In this document: positions 39,116 to 48,989 of the stretch, piece by piece
Layout: each line of letters begins with the position of its first letter
Position numbering within the stretch: the first letter of the stretch is position 1
Sequence record: NC_054927.1
Strand: one strand, 5' to 3'
DNA from: Escherichia phage vB_EcoM_Ozark
Length of the DNA: 64,000 nucleotides
Position numbers and translations under genes: made by a program
The notes under the pieces: generated by a model
What the model was told of the DNA's origin: nothing
Seen by the model: only the letters and a program-made list of their open reading frames with translations
Databases searched by the model: none

Positions 39116-39442
39116 TTATACCTTAGTAATTTTCAGGTCTGCAAATTTTTTCTTGCGTTGATTTTTCATGCGACGAATAGTTTTATCGGAAATTTCATGT
39201 TTTTGATAAGCTTTAGATTCTACACCAAAAGCTTTAACATCAAATTCTGACAAGATATATTGAACCAACAATTCACGGACAGTGTTGCGTCCAATCTTCT
39301 GATCATTCTGTTTCATCATCTGATGAAGCTCTTTTTCCCATTTATCCAAAATTTGAGGAGTTACAATATCGCCTTTTTCTAGCAAAGAAACTACTTTATC
39401 ATATGCGTAAGAATTAATGGCGTTTTTAATTTGAATAGTCAT
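39116..39442 (-). CDS. hypothetical protein (108 aa)
   Basis: ORF. Confidence 0.4.
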   Translation of the reverse strand: MTIQIKNAINSYAYDKVVSLLEKGDIVTPQILDKWEKELHQMMKQNDQKIGRNTVRELLVQYILSEFDVKAFGVESKAYQKHEISDKTIRRMKNQRKKKFADLKITKV

Positions 39443-39481
39443 ACATTATCCTCAATTACGTTAAAATTTTATTATCCAAAA

Positions 39482-39497
39482 AAGGGCCGAAGCCCTT
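39482..39497 (-). terminator. GC stem-loop with UUCG loop followed by U-rich tract
   Basis: AAGGGC-UUCG-GCCCUU. Confidence 0.5.
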
Positions 39498-39696
39498 AGC
39501 TAAACTTTTTGGCACCCTTCCAGCCTTCGTACATCATTGCGGCTGATATTAATATTGCTCCTGAGCAACTTGAATATTTGTGATTCCAAAACCAGTTTAG
39601 AAAAACTTCGTCATCAATACCCTGGGCTATCATATTTTCAAAGAACTGACGACGAGCTTCGGCAATTCGCTGCGATAATTTAGATTCAGGATTCAT
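39496..39696 (-). CDS. hypothetical protein (66 aa)
   Basis: ORF. Confidence 0.4.
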   Translation of the reverse strand: MNPESKLSQRIAEARRQFFENMIAQGIDDEVFLNWFWNHKYSSCSGAILISAAMMYEGWKGAKKFS

Positions 39697-39828
39697 TTAA
39701 ATTTCCCAATTGCCATTTTCATCAATAAATTTAATCCAGTCATTTACTGACCACTTGGTCGTATCGCCTTTTGGAGTAACATTTAAAGTGTATAGTCCTT
39801 GCTTAAAAAGCATTCGTTTGATATTCAT
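39697..39828 (-). CDS. hypothetical small protein (43 aa)
   Basis: start set to ATG 39828 (GAGGA RBS); the track ORF extends to 39912. Confidence 0.3.
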   Translation of the reverse strand: MNIKRMLFKQGLYTLNVTPKGDTTKWSVNDWIKFIDENGNWEI

Positions 39829-39835
39829 ATTTTCC

Positions 39836-40174
39836 TCAGCTGTAACGATAACACTCGTTTGATTTACGTTTAGCAACTCGTTGAGAAGTATTATAATCAA
39901 AATCATCGTCAATGTAAACTGATTTTTTCAACTTTCTTACTTCACCGCGTAATTGACGATTTAACTCATCTTTAACTTCTGAATCAATACCTTTCATTCT
40001 ACGCCATTTATCTGAGCGAAAAATGTTTTCAACCATATCTTTATGACTTACACCATCAGGAGCTTTACGCTTTCCAAAATAGTCATAATCACGCACTTTT
40101 AAGTCTTTACGACGATACGTTTTACCCATGGAGTTTAATTTCCTTAGCAACTGAACTAAATACAGCACGGTCAC
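39836..40174 (-). CDS. basic hypothetical protein (up to 112 aa)
   Basis: Lys/Arg-rich ORF. Confidence 0.35.
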   Translation of the reverse strand: MTVLYLVQLLRKLNSMGKTYRRKDLKVRDYDYFGKRKAPDGVSHKDMVENIFRSDKWRRMKGIDSEVKDELNRQLRGEVRKLKKSVYIDDDFDYNTSQRVAKRKSNECYRYS

Positions 40175-40334
40175 AAATCATGCGTTTATGTAACTTGAGT
40201 ATAATATAGCAAACTTCAAAACTATTTACATGAGTAACACGAACAGCATTACCATTAATGAGATAATACTGTCCCTTTTTAATTTCTTTATCAACCACAA
40301 CCATATCAAATCCTCAAAGGTAATTCATATGTTA

Positions 40335-40364
40335 ATAATACCACGGTTTGAACTTGTTGTAAAC
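40335..40364 (-). promoter_or_regulatory. T4 early-type promoter with UP element
   Basis: fwd gtaaac 40359-40364, -10 TATTAT. Confidence 0.45.
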
Positions 40365-40445
40365 AACTTTGTGAAAAATATTTTAGGGAATGATAAGAAG
40401 GGAACGATAGCTTAGAATGGTAATATACAGAATGTAAGAAAGAAA

Positions 40446-40458
40446 GGCCCAGAGGGCC
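40446..40458 (-). terminator. GC hairpin (GGCCC-AGA-GGGCC) after nrdH, followed by U-rich tract
   Basis: 5-bp GC stem, immediately after 40463 stop. Confidence 0.45.
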
Positions 40459-40462
40459 CGTC

Positions 40463-40771
40463 TTAATCTTCTATGATATCTCTATCATATCCAAGTGAAA
40501 TGAGAGTTTCTTTGAAGTGTTTAATGTTCTTTTGTCTAGAATCATTAATGAAAATGACTGGATAACGAATGTTAAGAGATGTGAATCCAGCGCGTTTAGC
40601 AAGAGATACAATCAGCGGACGATCATACTCAATCTTACCATTATTTGTAAGAACTTTATAGAAAGTAAAAGGAGCATTGAGCTCCTTTAGAAGTTTTGTA
40701 ACTGATTGACATCCAGGACAACGACCTACTTCATCTGGAATTCCATAGACTTCAATCTTATTTTGTTTCAC
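40463..40771 (-). CDS. nrdH: glutaredoxin-like protein NrdH (CPGC active site), 102 aa
   Basis: CPGC motif near N-terminus; next to nrdG. Confidence 0.65.
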   Translation of the reverse strand: MKQNKIEVYGIPDEVGRCPGCQSVTKLLKELNAPFTFYKVLTNNGKIEYDRPLIVSLAKRAGFTSLNIRYPVIFINDSRQKNIKHFKETLISLGYDRDIIED

Positions 40772-40773
40772 AA

Positions 40774-40986
40774 CTATTCCTTACTAAGAGCAGCATTCAG
40801 CTTGTTAGTAATTTTATCCAGACGCTCATTAAACTCACTAGAAGATAAGCCCTTTTCTGGAGAAATTAAACTAATCACGAAAAATATAGCAATAAAAGGA
40901 ATAAGGAAAATAGCTCCAACTGCCATAAACAGAAAGAATGTTACAGTTGTAAGAAAATCAGCTAAACCTTTACGAAATTTATACAT
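40774..40986 (-). CDS. small membrane protein (70 aa)
   Basis: one long hydrophobic helix. Confidence 0.4.
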   Translation of the reverse strand: MYKFRKGLADFLTTVTFFLFMAVGAIFLIPFIAIFFVISLISPEKGLSSSEFNERLDKITNKLNAALSKE

Positions 40987-41101
40987 ATTTTACCCTTAAT
41001 TGATTAACCAAGCATTGATAAGCACTAAACTATATTGCGAATAAAATTCTGGACCAAAATGAAAAATCATATCATTTATAGTGTCCATAATATAATTCAA
41101 T

Positions 41102-41572
41102 TTAATCATGTTTCCACACCCCATCGGTATTTGACCAAAGTCGCTGATTATCTGATCCTCGCCACAGCTTTTTAGTCGGAAGATTTTTCTCATACTTCCC
41201 ATCAATAATAACATCAACATATTTAAGCATTTCTAGTTGTTTAATATCTTCAAACTTATATCCTGTCCACAACCAAATGCTTTTATTGGGATAAAGATTT
41301 TTTACTGTTTGAACTACAGAGTGAATCACGTCTCTGTTATCAGGATAAAGAGGGTCACCTCCGGTTATAGTTAATCCTTCTATATAATCATTATTCAAAC
41401 ATTCAATCAATTGTTCTAGTGTTTCACCAGTAAATGGAATACCATTTCTAGCATTCCATGTTGATTTATTATAACACCCTTCGCATTTATGCAAACAACC
41501 TGTAACGAAAAGAACGGTCCTGCAGCCAGGACCATTAACAAAGCAGCACGGGTATATTCTGTCATAATTCAT
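41102..41572 (-). CDS. nrdG: anaerobic ribonucleotide reductase activating protein NrdG (radical SAM), 156 aa
   Basis: Cys cluster CCFVNGPGC...CLHKCEGC. Confidence 0.9.
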   Translation of the reverse strand: MNYDRIYPCCFVNGPGCRTVLFVTGCLHKCEGCYNKSTWNARNGIPFTGETLEQLIECLNNDYIEGLTITGGDPLYPDNRDVIHSVVQTVKNLYPNKSIWLWTGYKFEDIKQLEMLKYVDVIIDGKYEKNLPTKKLWRGSDNQRLWSNTDGVWKHD

Positions 41573-42401
41573 TTATATATTTCCAATTATAGCCTTCAAC
41601 ACTTTTACGTTCGCCATTTAAACATTTTAAAATATTTCCTTTGCTAGAAATATTAAAATATTTTGCTGCGTCTGGTATATAATTAAATGTTTTTAAAAGA
41701 ACACCATCTTTATATGCGCCAAATAAATTAAGAGTATATTTTTCTCGAAGACGCTGATGTTTCCTTTTCATAACCTCAGGATTTGCATACGCCAACTTCA
41801 ATGAATTTCTGTGTTTTTCTTTTACTTCAGGTTTTTGCATTGCTAACTTAGTTAGCCTGGAAATTTTATTTCTAACTTCGTCAGTTTTCATTGCATTTGA
41901 CAAATTTAATAAAGTTTTATTTCTAACTTCAGGTTTTTGCATTGCTAACTTAGTTAGTTCTCTATGTCTTTTTCTAAAATCGTCATCCTTCCATATATTT
42001 TTCGATAATTTTGACATAGAGCGGTGAAATAATTCCTTTTCACTGGAATACAATTTAAAAATTTCATCCAATTCATCCGCATTAAATCTATCGGTATTCG
42101 AGTTTATCATTCTATGAAAGGCATAACACATTTTACTATTGCTTGTTTTAGCTAAATAGTAATGAGCTAACGCATGGTCATAATATGACAAATTAACAAT
42201 ATTCCATTTATCTGTTTTATATTCAGGAAATATAGATTTGGGAAGCACGTGATGTGCTTCCGTTTTTCCTTTTATTTTAGGATTATTATAATTTTTTGTT
42301 ATCAAATCAACATATGACAATAGTAAATCATTATTTTCTTCAAATATTAAAGCTAATTTATCATTCACAAAATCGCAAGGATAAAATCTATCATAATTCA
42401 T
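41562..42401 (-). CDS. HNH homing-endonuclease-like protein (mobC-like) with repeated DNA-binding motifs, 279 aa
   Basis: EAHHVLPKS...DHALAH motif; tandem LTKLAMQKPEV repeats; sits between nrdD and nrdG. Confidence 0.65.
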   Translation of the reverse strand: MNYDRFYPCDFVNDKLALIFEENNDLLLSYVDLITKNYNNPKIKGKTEAHHVLPKSIFPEYKTDKWNIVNLSYYDHALAHYYLAKTSNSKMCYAFHRMINSNTDRFNADELDEIFKLYSSEKELFHRSMSKLSKNIWKDDDFRKRHRELTKLAMQKPEVRNKTLLNLSNAMKTDEVRNKISRLTKLAMQKPEVKEKHRNSLKLAYANPEVMKRKHQRLREKYTLNLFGAYKDGVLLKTFNYIPDAAKYFNISSKGNILKCLNGERKSVEGYNWKYINEL

Positions 42402-44215
42402 TGGTGTTTAACCCTATGCATGATTTCTTTATTTTTACCGAGATTAAATCCGCGTTCGTTCGGATTTCCCAAATAACCACATGTTCTTCTTATGGTATTC
42501 ATCTTTTTAGGATCAGTTTCTCCACAAATAGAACAAACAAATCCGTTTTCAGTAGGAGTCATTTCATGGGTGCTTCCGCATGTAAAACATTTATCTACTG
42601 GCATATTAACACCAAAATAATCTAAATGTTGTGCAGCATAATCCCAGACGGCCTCAAGTCCCTTTAAATTGTTTTTCATATCAGGAAGTTCAACATAAGA
42701 AATGTGACCACCTGTTGCAATGAAATGATATGGGGCTTCGCGAGAAATCTTTTCAAACGGAGTGATATTTTCTTCTACTGAAACATGGAAACTGTTAGTG
42801 TACCAGCCTTTATCAGTAACATCCTTTACACTTCCATATTTTTCAGTATCAAGTTTACAGAAGCGATAGCACAGGTTTTCAGCAGGAGTAGAATACAAGC
42901 TAAAAGCAAAACCGGTTCTTTCAGTCCACTGCTTAAGACGAGCATTCATTTTAGTTAAAATTTCCTGTCCAATATCACGACCGACAAGAATATTCAATTC
43001 GTGAATACCAATGTATCCTAGGGACACTGAACTTCTACCGTTTTTAAATAACTCAATTATGTCGTCATCAGGTTTAAGACGAACCCCGAATGCACCTTCT
43101 TGGTAAAGAATAGGAGCAACAGTCGCTTTAACTCCTTTTAAGGAACTAATTCTACACATCAAAGCTTCAAAACACAAATCCATTCGTTCATTGAATAATT
43201 CAACAAATTTCTGTTCATTGAACTGTGTTCCAATATAAGAATCTAACGCGATGCGAGGAAGATTCAGTGTTACAACACCAAGATTATTACGTCCATCAAG
43301 AATTTCATTACCAGTCGAATCTTTCCATACGCTCAAGAAACTACGGCAACCCATTGGAGAAACAGGAACAGATGAACCAGTGATAGCTTTATTGTTCTTA
43401 GCTGAAATAATATCAGGATACATCCTTTTGCTTGCACACTCTAGAGCAAGCTGCTTAATATCATAGTTCGGATCGTCTTTGTAAAGATTAACGCCTTCTT
43501 CGACGAACATAACAAGCTTAGGAAAAATAGGAGTTATCCCATCACGACCGAGACCTTTAATACGATTTTTCAGAATTGCTTTCTGAATCATTCGTTCAGT
43601 CCAGTCAGTTCCCGTACCAAATGTAATTGTTACAAAAGGAGTCTGTCCGTTTGAACTAAAGAGAGTATTTACTTCATATTCATAAGCTTGGAATGCATCG
43701 TATACGTCTTTTTCTGTTTTAGATTGAGCATAATTCAACGCATCAGCGATTTGCCATTTTTCTGCGTCCTCAATATGTTTTGCATAGGTGCGTTTAACAT
43801 AAGGAGAAAGTACTTTATCTACATTAGCAAAAGTCGTTCCGCCATATTGATGGGAAGCAACTTGCGCAGTAATTTGTGCCATAATTGCAGTAGCAACTCC
43901 AATTGATTTAGGAGTTTCAATCTGCGCATTACCAAGCTTAAATCCATTCTCAAGCATTCCTTTTAAATCTACTAAACAACAATTAGTAAATGGAAGAGCA
44001 GGGGAATAATCAATATCGTGGAAATGAATAATTCCGCTTTCATGCGCTTTCATAATAAAAGACGGGACCATATTTTTGGCAATGTGTTTAGACACAATAC
44101 CAGCCATAAGGTCCCGTTGAGTTGGAAAAACACGAGAATCTTTATTAGCATTCTCGTTTAAAAGGTCTTTATTAGTTTTATGAATCAATCCTTCAATTTC
44201 TTTTTCAATTGTCAT
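42398..44215 (-). CDS. nrdD: anaerobic ribonucleoside-triphosphate reductase NrdD (glycyl radical enzyme), 605 aa
   Basis: C-terminal glycyl-radical RTCGYLG and Cys zinc ribbon. Confidence 0.95.
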   Translation of the reverse strand: MTIEKEIEGLIHKTNKDLLNENANKDSRVFPTQRDLMAGIVSKHIAKNMVPSFIMKAHESGIIHFHDIDYSPALPFTNCCLVDLKGMLENGFKLGNAQIETPKSIGVATAIMAQITAQVASHQYGGTTFANVDKVLSPYVKRTYAKHIEDAEKWQIADALNYAQSKTEKDVYDAFQAYEYEVNTLFSSNGQTPFVTITFGTGTDWTERMIQKAILKNRIKGLGRDGITPIFPKLVMFVEEGVNLYKDDPNYDIKQLALECASKRMYPDIISAKNNKAITGSSVPVSPMGCRSFLSVWKDSTGNEILDGRNNLGVVTLNLPRIALDSYIGTQFNEQKFVELFNERMDLCFEALMCRISSLKGVKATVAPILYQEGAFGVRLKPDDDIIELFKNGRSSVSLGYIGIHELNILVGRDIGQEILTKMNARLKQWTERTGFAFSLYSTPAENLCYRFCKLDTEKYGSVKDVTDKGWYTNSFHVSVEENITPFEKISREAPYHFIATGGHISYVELPDMKNNLKGLEAVWDYAAQHLDYFGVNMPVDKCFTCGSTHEMTPTENGFVCSICGETDPKKMNTIRRTCGYLGNPNERGFNLGKNKEIMHRVKHQ

Positions 44216-44685
44216 TTTAAACTCTTTCTAAGCTGCTTCTTAAATGAAGCTATTAACTGTGTTTTGGTGTCAGATTCATTATATTCAAATCCTCTTTGAA
44301 GCATCTCGGCCATCATTTCCTCTTTTCCTAAACGAGAAAATTCCTTTGATTTATCTCCAACAAAGTTAGGGTGAATATTATTTTGGGTGTAATCGGATTT
44401 TAAATAAGTAAGTAAATTTTCTAACCATTCAAGATAATCAACACCTTGTCCCTTTAAGCCAGAACGATTAAATTTGTGCTTCATTTGACCTTCTGCAGCA
44501 TTGCAGAGATTACAAAGCAATCCACGTACCTTTCCTGCTTTTGGTCCATTTAATTCATGGTCATGATCGAGGTGATTAGCTTGAACATCAGGATTTAGTT
44601 CTCGTTGGCAAATTAAGCATTTACCGTTTTGCGCATCATAAAATTTCTGTTTTTCTTCTTTATATAATTTGCCAGTCAATAACAT
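44212..44685 (-). CDS. 49: endonuclease VII (Holliday junction resolvase), gene 49, 157 aa
   Basis: CLICQRE...HLDHDH...CNLCN motifs; 157 aa. Confidence 0.9.
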   Translation of the reverse strand: MLLTGKLYKEEKQKFYDAQNGKCLICQRELNPDVQANHLDHDHELNGPKAGKVRGLLCNLCNAAEGQMKHKFNRSGLKGQGVDYLEWLENLLTYLKSDYTQNNIHPNFVGDKSKEFSRLGKEEMMAEMLQRGFEYNESDTKTQLIASFKKQLRKSLK

Positions 44686-44726
44686 AATAAACCCTTACCT
44701 TAAATAGATAAGGGTATTTATTATTT

Positions 44727-45230
44727 TCAAGTATTGTAAAACATTTGATTCAATCGCTTATATTGCCGAATCTTTTGGTCAGAAAAAGAAATTTGGGTTT
44801 CAAGCCATTCAATATATTCTGCCGCAGCTTGCATCAAATTTCCTTCATAGCCATCGTTATTTTCTTGTGCAGCTAATTTAGCTAATGCGTATGAAATACG
44901 TTCACCTTGAAAATCGGCTTTAGGCTTCTGAACAACTTGATTAGTTCGCTCTACAACTTCTTCAATTTCGCCATTTTCAACGGATTCAGTATTCCATAAG
45001 CACCAATACGTAATTGGCTTATCATAGATATTAATAATCTTTCCGTCGGAAAGTTCAATTTCAATAATTCCAGTATCAGGCTCTATATCATCTTCGCATT
45101 CTTTTGCAAGTTCACGAACTTTAAAGACAGTACCTGCACTAAGTTCCGGCCAGTAATTACACAGCCCTGTATCAGCACGATTAATTCTAAACCACTTATC
45201 TACTGTAATCATGTCCCATCTCCATATCAA
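44727..45230 (-). CDS. hypothetical protein (167 aa)
   Basis: ORF. Confidence 0.4.
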   Translation of the reverse strand: MIWRWDMITVDKWFRINRADTGLCNYWPELSAGTVFKVRELAKECEDDIEPDTGIIEIELSDGKIINIYDKPITYWCLWNTESVENGEIEEVVERTNQVVQKPKADFQGERISYALAKLAAQENNDGYEGNLMQAAAEYIEWLETQISFSDQKIRQYKRLNQMFYNT

Positions 45231-45335
45231 TTAAGTCATTTATCGTTGGTTCATTATATACTGTTTCTTCATCAGTGTAAACCGGTTCTTCCGGCTCTGG
45301 CTCTACAGTTTCCCATCTAGCCGCCCACCAAGGTT

Positions 45336-45656
45336 TTATAGCGTAATCCATTCTCGTACTATCTGAGTTACTACACGTTCACGGGGCTCGACTAGTTCAA
45401 CAGTCGGAACTGCATAATACCAGTCAGAATGATAAGAACCTGACCGAGATTCATTTACCGCTACATGTACATTATGTTTTGGACTAAAGTAAACACACTG
45501 ACGATATTGGCATTTACCATCTTGCACCCAGTCTTCTATTTCGATAGGTTTAAGATAATCGGAAAAATCGAAATCATAGTTTTCCGAAAATGCATCATGG
45601 TCTTCAATGATTTCGCTCAGAACTGCATCAACATCTAATTTATTTTCAATAGTCAT
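45336..45656 (-). CDS. hypothetical protein (106 aa)
   Basis: ORF. Confidence 0.4.
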   Translation of the reverse strand: MTIENKLDVDAVLSEIIEDHDAFSENYDFDFSDYLKPIEIEDWVQDGKCQYRQCVYFSPKHNVHVAVNESRSGSYHSDWYYAVPTVELVEPRERVVTQIVREWITL

Positions 45657-45666
45657 TTTTCACCAA

Positions 45667-45876
45667 TTAATTTCGCAATTTATTAAGTTCTTCATCATCA
45701 ATCCAGGATTCTAGTCCTGATGGCAGGTCACATTCAATTTCCCAAAGAAGTTCTTCAATTTTATGAAGACGATCTAGTTCTTCAGCAGGAATAGTAACCA
45801 TTGACGGAGCTCTTGCTACATTAATATCGTAAATCATATTTACCCCAGTTTGACCATACAATCGCCGTATTTCCAC
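45667..45876 (-). CDS. hypothetical protein (69 aa)
   Basis: ORF. Confidence 0.35.
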   Translation of the reverse strand: MEIRRLYGQTGVNMIYDINVARAPSMVTIPAEELDRLHKIEELLWEIECDLPSGLESWIDDEELNKLRN

Positions 45877-46055
45877 TTAGAAATAGACTTTTCACCATTA
45901 GAATAATAAACTTCAAGTTTAGCACGATTATTTTTAATTTGAATAACCTTGGCTGTCATCAAAGTTCCATACCCATAATAAACTGCAACTTCATCACCTA
46001 CATATACCGCGCTTCCGCGGTAATCATGAATATAGTCAGTTCCTTCGAGCATCAT
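45840..46055 (-). CDS. hypothetical protein (71 aa)
   Basis: ORF. Confidence 0.35.
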   Translation of the reverse strand: MMLEGTDYIHDYRGSAVYVGDEVAVYYGYGTLMTAKVIQIKNNRAKLEVYYSNGEKSISKWKYGDCMVKLG

Positions 46056-46315
46056 TTAAAATATTCTCGCAGTTGGTCAAATCCACCAATATGACTTCCA
46101 TCAGGAGCAAATACCTGAGGCATTGTCAAGCCGATTTGAGTATCACGACCTAGTTTCGTCAGAAGCTCAGCAATTTTCTCATCATCAAAAACACCTTTTT
46201 CCGGCATAATGTTGATAAATTCAAACGGCTGTTTCTTCACAGTCAAAAGACGTTTTGCATTATCGCAATACACACATTTATGGATGTTGCTATCATAACC
46301 ATATACTTTAAACAT
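46052..46315 (-). CDS. nrdC: thioredoxin/glutaredoxin NrdC (CVYC active site), 87 aa
   Basis: CVYC motif; 87 aa as T4 NrdC. Confidence 0.85.
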   Translation of the reverse strand: MFKVYGYDSNIHKCVYCDNAKRLLTVKKQPFEFINIMPEKGVFDDEKIAELLTKLGRDTQIGLTMPQVFAPDGSHIGGFDQLREYFK

Positions 46316-46316
46316 A

Positions 46317-46559
46317 TTATTCCTTAATTCCTAGTACTTGTTTAAAAGTCTCGTCGTAATCAAGACTTTGGCCCGTTTGTTCTTTATGTTTGTATATAAT
46401 ATCACTTACTTCTGATAGCATATTTTTGTATGAACGAGTTACAGCAGATTTAAGCACGCTGTATCTATCAGGAAATTTACCATGTTCATTATAATAAGCT
46501 ATTGCTAATTCACGGACTGCCTTTTCAGCAGTCTCCATATATTCTTTACGCTTGGTCAT
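46317..46559 (-). CDS. hypothetical protein (80 aa)
   Basis: ORF. Confidence 0.4.
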   Translation of the reverse strand: MTKRKEYMETAEKAVRELAIAYYNEHGKFPDRYSVLKSAVTRSYKNMLSEVSDIIYKHKEQTGQSLDYDETFKQVLGIKE

Positions 46560-46561
46560 TT

Positions 46562-46951
46562 TTAATCCAAAATATTATTAGGCATTGGTTGAACACTCAC
46601 AAGTTCTTTAAAGAACTCAGTAGAGTCAGGCAATTTAACCATTTCCGGAGCATGCTTATTAAATTTATGTTTACAATGACGGCATTTATATTCAAGCTCT
46701 GGTTTACGCCAGTTAATCAATTGAACTTGTTCAGTACCGCATTCAGGGCAATTAGGAACGTTTTTAGAAGCTCTTTCACGTCGTTCAACCATAGCCATAA
46801 TAGCATCCCATGCTGGAGGTTTAAAATCTAAATCGTCGCAGCCGTGAATCTTTCCACGCATTTCCATATCATCTTCCTCACCAGCCATAATAATTTTAAT
46901 TAAACTGGAATTACTTGAAGCTGCAATGTCTTCTAATAAACGCTTTTTCAT
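46562..46951 (-). CDS. zinc-ribbon protein (129 aa)
   Basis: CPECG...CRHCKHKF. Confidence 0.45.
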   Translation of the reverse strand: MKKRLLEDIAASSNSSLIKIIMAGEEDDMEMRGKIHGCDDLDFKPPAWDAIMAMVERRERASKNVPNCPECGTEQVQLINWRKPELEYKCRHCKHKFNKHAPEMVKLPDSTEFFKELVSVQPMPNNILD

Positions 46952-47877
46952 TTCAATACCTCAATAGCATTACGTAAACCATTTGCTTTTGCATTAAGAG
47001 CTTTTAACAATTTGGTGTGTTCTGCAATTTGGGCTTCAACTTCAATCAAACGGGCATTGAGATATTCGCGTTCTTCACTCAGATTATCAACCTTTTCTAC
47101 TTTAGGCTCTTTTACAACTGTCTTATATGTATTAGGGTTCTTCAGTTTAATTAGAATGCGTGAACTGTATAACATTGAACCATTATCTTCGGTTTCGTCA
47201 TACATTTCCACTACGTCCATAATTTTTAACATCATGCGGAGTTTATAAGACAACGAACGAATAGTTTTGTTGTGCTTATTAATTTCTTTAGCTGTCATGG
47301 TGCCAAGATTACGTGAGTAATAATAAGGAACCTGGATATTAATTAATACTGATGAACCACCTGGCTTGTGTGTTACTTCATCAGCAATAACCCAGTCCTT
47401 AACATGAACTGTATTTGTACGATCATCGCCCGCGGTGAACAGTTTGCGAGCATGCTTAAAAAGCATATTCACTTGGTCATTGAATTGGCAAGCAAATTTA
47501 TCAGCAAATTTGGTTTCAGGAATGGTAGAAAACCAATTAGCCAAATGAGTCTTTTTAACATCATTAACAATAGTAAATTCAACCAAATCGGTTATAGATG
47601 TCTCAGATTTAATAAAGCTCGGCTTCATAAAGTTTTTAATGTTATCGTGAGCTACAGTAGAAGATAACATACGAGAACGTTTAAACCATTCAAGCAAATT
47701 GCCTAACGAATGAGAATAAGCGTTTTGAGTATCTTTACAGATATGATTTTCCTGGCCAACATATTGAAGGAAATCACGAAGAATATTATTGATTACTGCT
47801 CTGTGTCCTATCTGATAATTACGATGTTTAGTAATAAGACTGTCAAAATAATCAATATAATGTTTACGAGTTTTCAT
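46948..47877 (-). CDS. paralog family member with C-terminal coiled coil (309 aa)
   Basis: weak similarity to 47930, 48989, 50017 ORFs; C-terminal heptad region. Confidence 0.45.
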   Translation of the reverse strand: MKTRKHYIDYFDSLITKHRNYQIGHRAVINNILRDFLQYVGQENHICKDTQNAYSHSLGNLLEWFKRSRMLSSTVAHDNIKNFMKPSFIKSETSITDLVEFTIVNDVKKTHLANWFSTIPETKFADKFACQFNDQVNMLFKHARKLFTAGDDRTNTVHVKDWVIADEVTHKPGGSSVLINIQVPYYYSRNLGTMTAKEINKHNKTIRSLSYKLRMMLKIMDVVEMYDETEDNGSMLYSSRILIKLKNPNTYKTVVKEPKVEKVDNLSEEREYLNARLIEVEAQIAEHTKLLKALNAKANGLRNAIEVLK

Positions 47878-47929
47878 GTTCTTCTCACTTGGTTAATGAT
47901 TTATGCTCCGAGCCATCCTTGGCTTTAAA

Positions 47930-48961
47930 TTACTTAATTAACTGTAAAGCTTGTTCAAGACGATCCAAGCGATTGACAGATTCTTCCCAAATCTTTTTAG
48001 CCTGCTCATATTCTTTCTGCGCTTTATTAGAAATTTCTAGAACTTCTTTATAAGCTTTTTCTAATGCAATAACTTCTGGACGAATTTCTGCCGGTTCAGG
48101 CGAATCATCAAGATTATCCATTAGTTCCTCAAGGGTAGTTTCTTCTTTAGAAGTATTCACAATTTCCTCACATTTTTGTTGATAAATTTCTTTATCAGTA
48201 GGTGAATAAGCACATTTCACTTCACGAAGACTAATTACAATTTTATATCCTTCCCATCCGCATATATTCTTAAAAGGATATGTATGAATATTTTCTACTG
48301 TTTCCATACAAAGTAATGCAGTCTCTAACTGACGAGTTATAGTGCTAGCAATTGAGAAAAATTTATTAATATTCTTTTGGTTAGCGTTTGGTGTAAAAAA
48401 TCCATAATTCACAAAAATAGCTACTTTATTTTCATCAAGCTCATATTCTTTTACGATAATCATATCAGAAGCCAAAGGATGAATTTGACGATAATCGCCA
48501 TAACATAATTTAGAAGCTGATTTTAGAATTTGTCCTTTGAAAAGTCTGAAATTACTAATCCAACGACGAGTAAAAATATTCTCAGGGTCTTCTTTATTAT
48601 TAAGATGATAAGAATTAACATCACCGAACCAATTATATCCTACTACATCTTTGGTTCGTTTAATTTCTTTCCCAAAATTACCAAGAATATCCCGATTAAC
48701 CAAATATGAAAGAAGACGAGACTCTTTAAAAGTTTTTTTGATAACATCTTTATCTACACGGCTAGAAATTTTACGAATTTCATGAATAAATTTAGTAGAA
48801 GAAACAATACTTGCATCAACACTATTGAGCCATTGATTGATAATAGAAAGAACGATATTTTGACCAAACATCGGTATAGCTTTATCATCAATAACGCTGT
48901 TGAACGATTTAATATATTCGTTGCGAGTCATATTAATCTCCTCAGTAGAAAGTAAGAACAT
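47930..48961 (-). CDS. paralog family member with C-terminal coiled coil (343 aa)
   Basis: W-R..F.LF...ILKSASKL block shared with 48989..50008. Confidence 0.5.
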   Translation of the reverse strand: MFLLSTEEINMTRNEYIKSFNSVIDDKAIPMFGQNIVLSIINQWLNSVDASIVSSTKFIHEIRKISSRVDKDVIKKTFKESRLLSYLVNRDILGNFGKEIKRTKDVVGYNWFGDVNSYHLNNKEDPENIFTRRWISNFRLFKGQILKSASKLCYGDYRQIHPLASDMIIVKEYELDENKVAIFVNYGFFTPNANQKNINKFFSIASTITRQLETALLCMETVENIHTYPFKNICGWEGYKIVISLREVKCAYSPTDKEIYQQKCEEIVNTSKEETTLEELMDNLDDSPEPAEIRPEVIALEKAYKEVLEISNKAQKEYEQAKKIWEESVNRLDRLEQALQLIK

Positions 48962-48989
48962 TATACCACATCCTTGTGGCGAAGTAAAC
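48960..48989 (-). promoter_or_regulatory. T4 early-type promoter, near-identical to the one at 2429-2458
   Basis: fwd gtaaac 48984-48989, attata 48960-48965. Confidence 0.55.
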
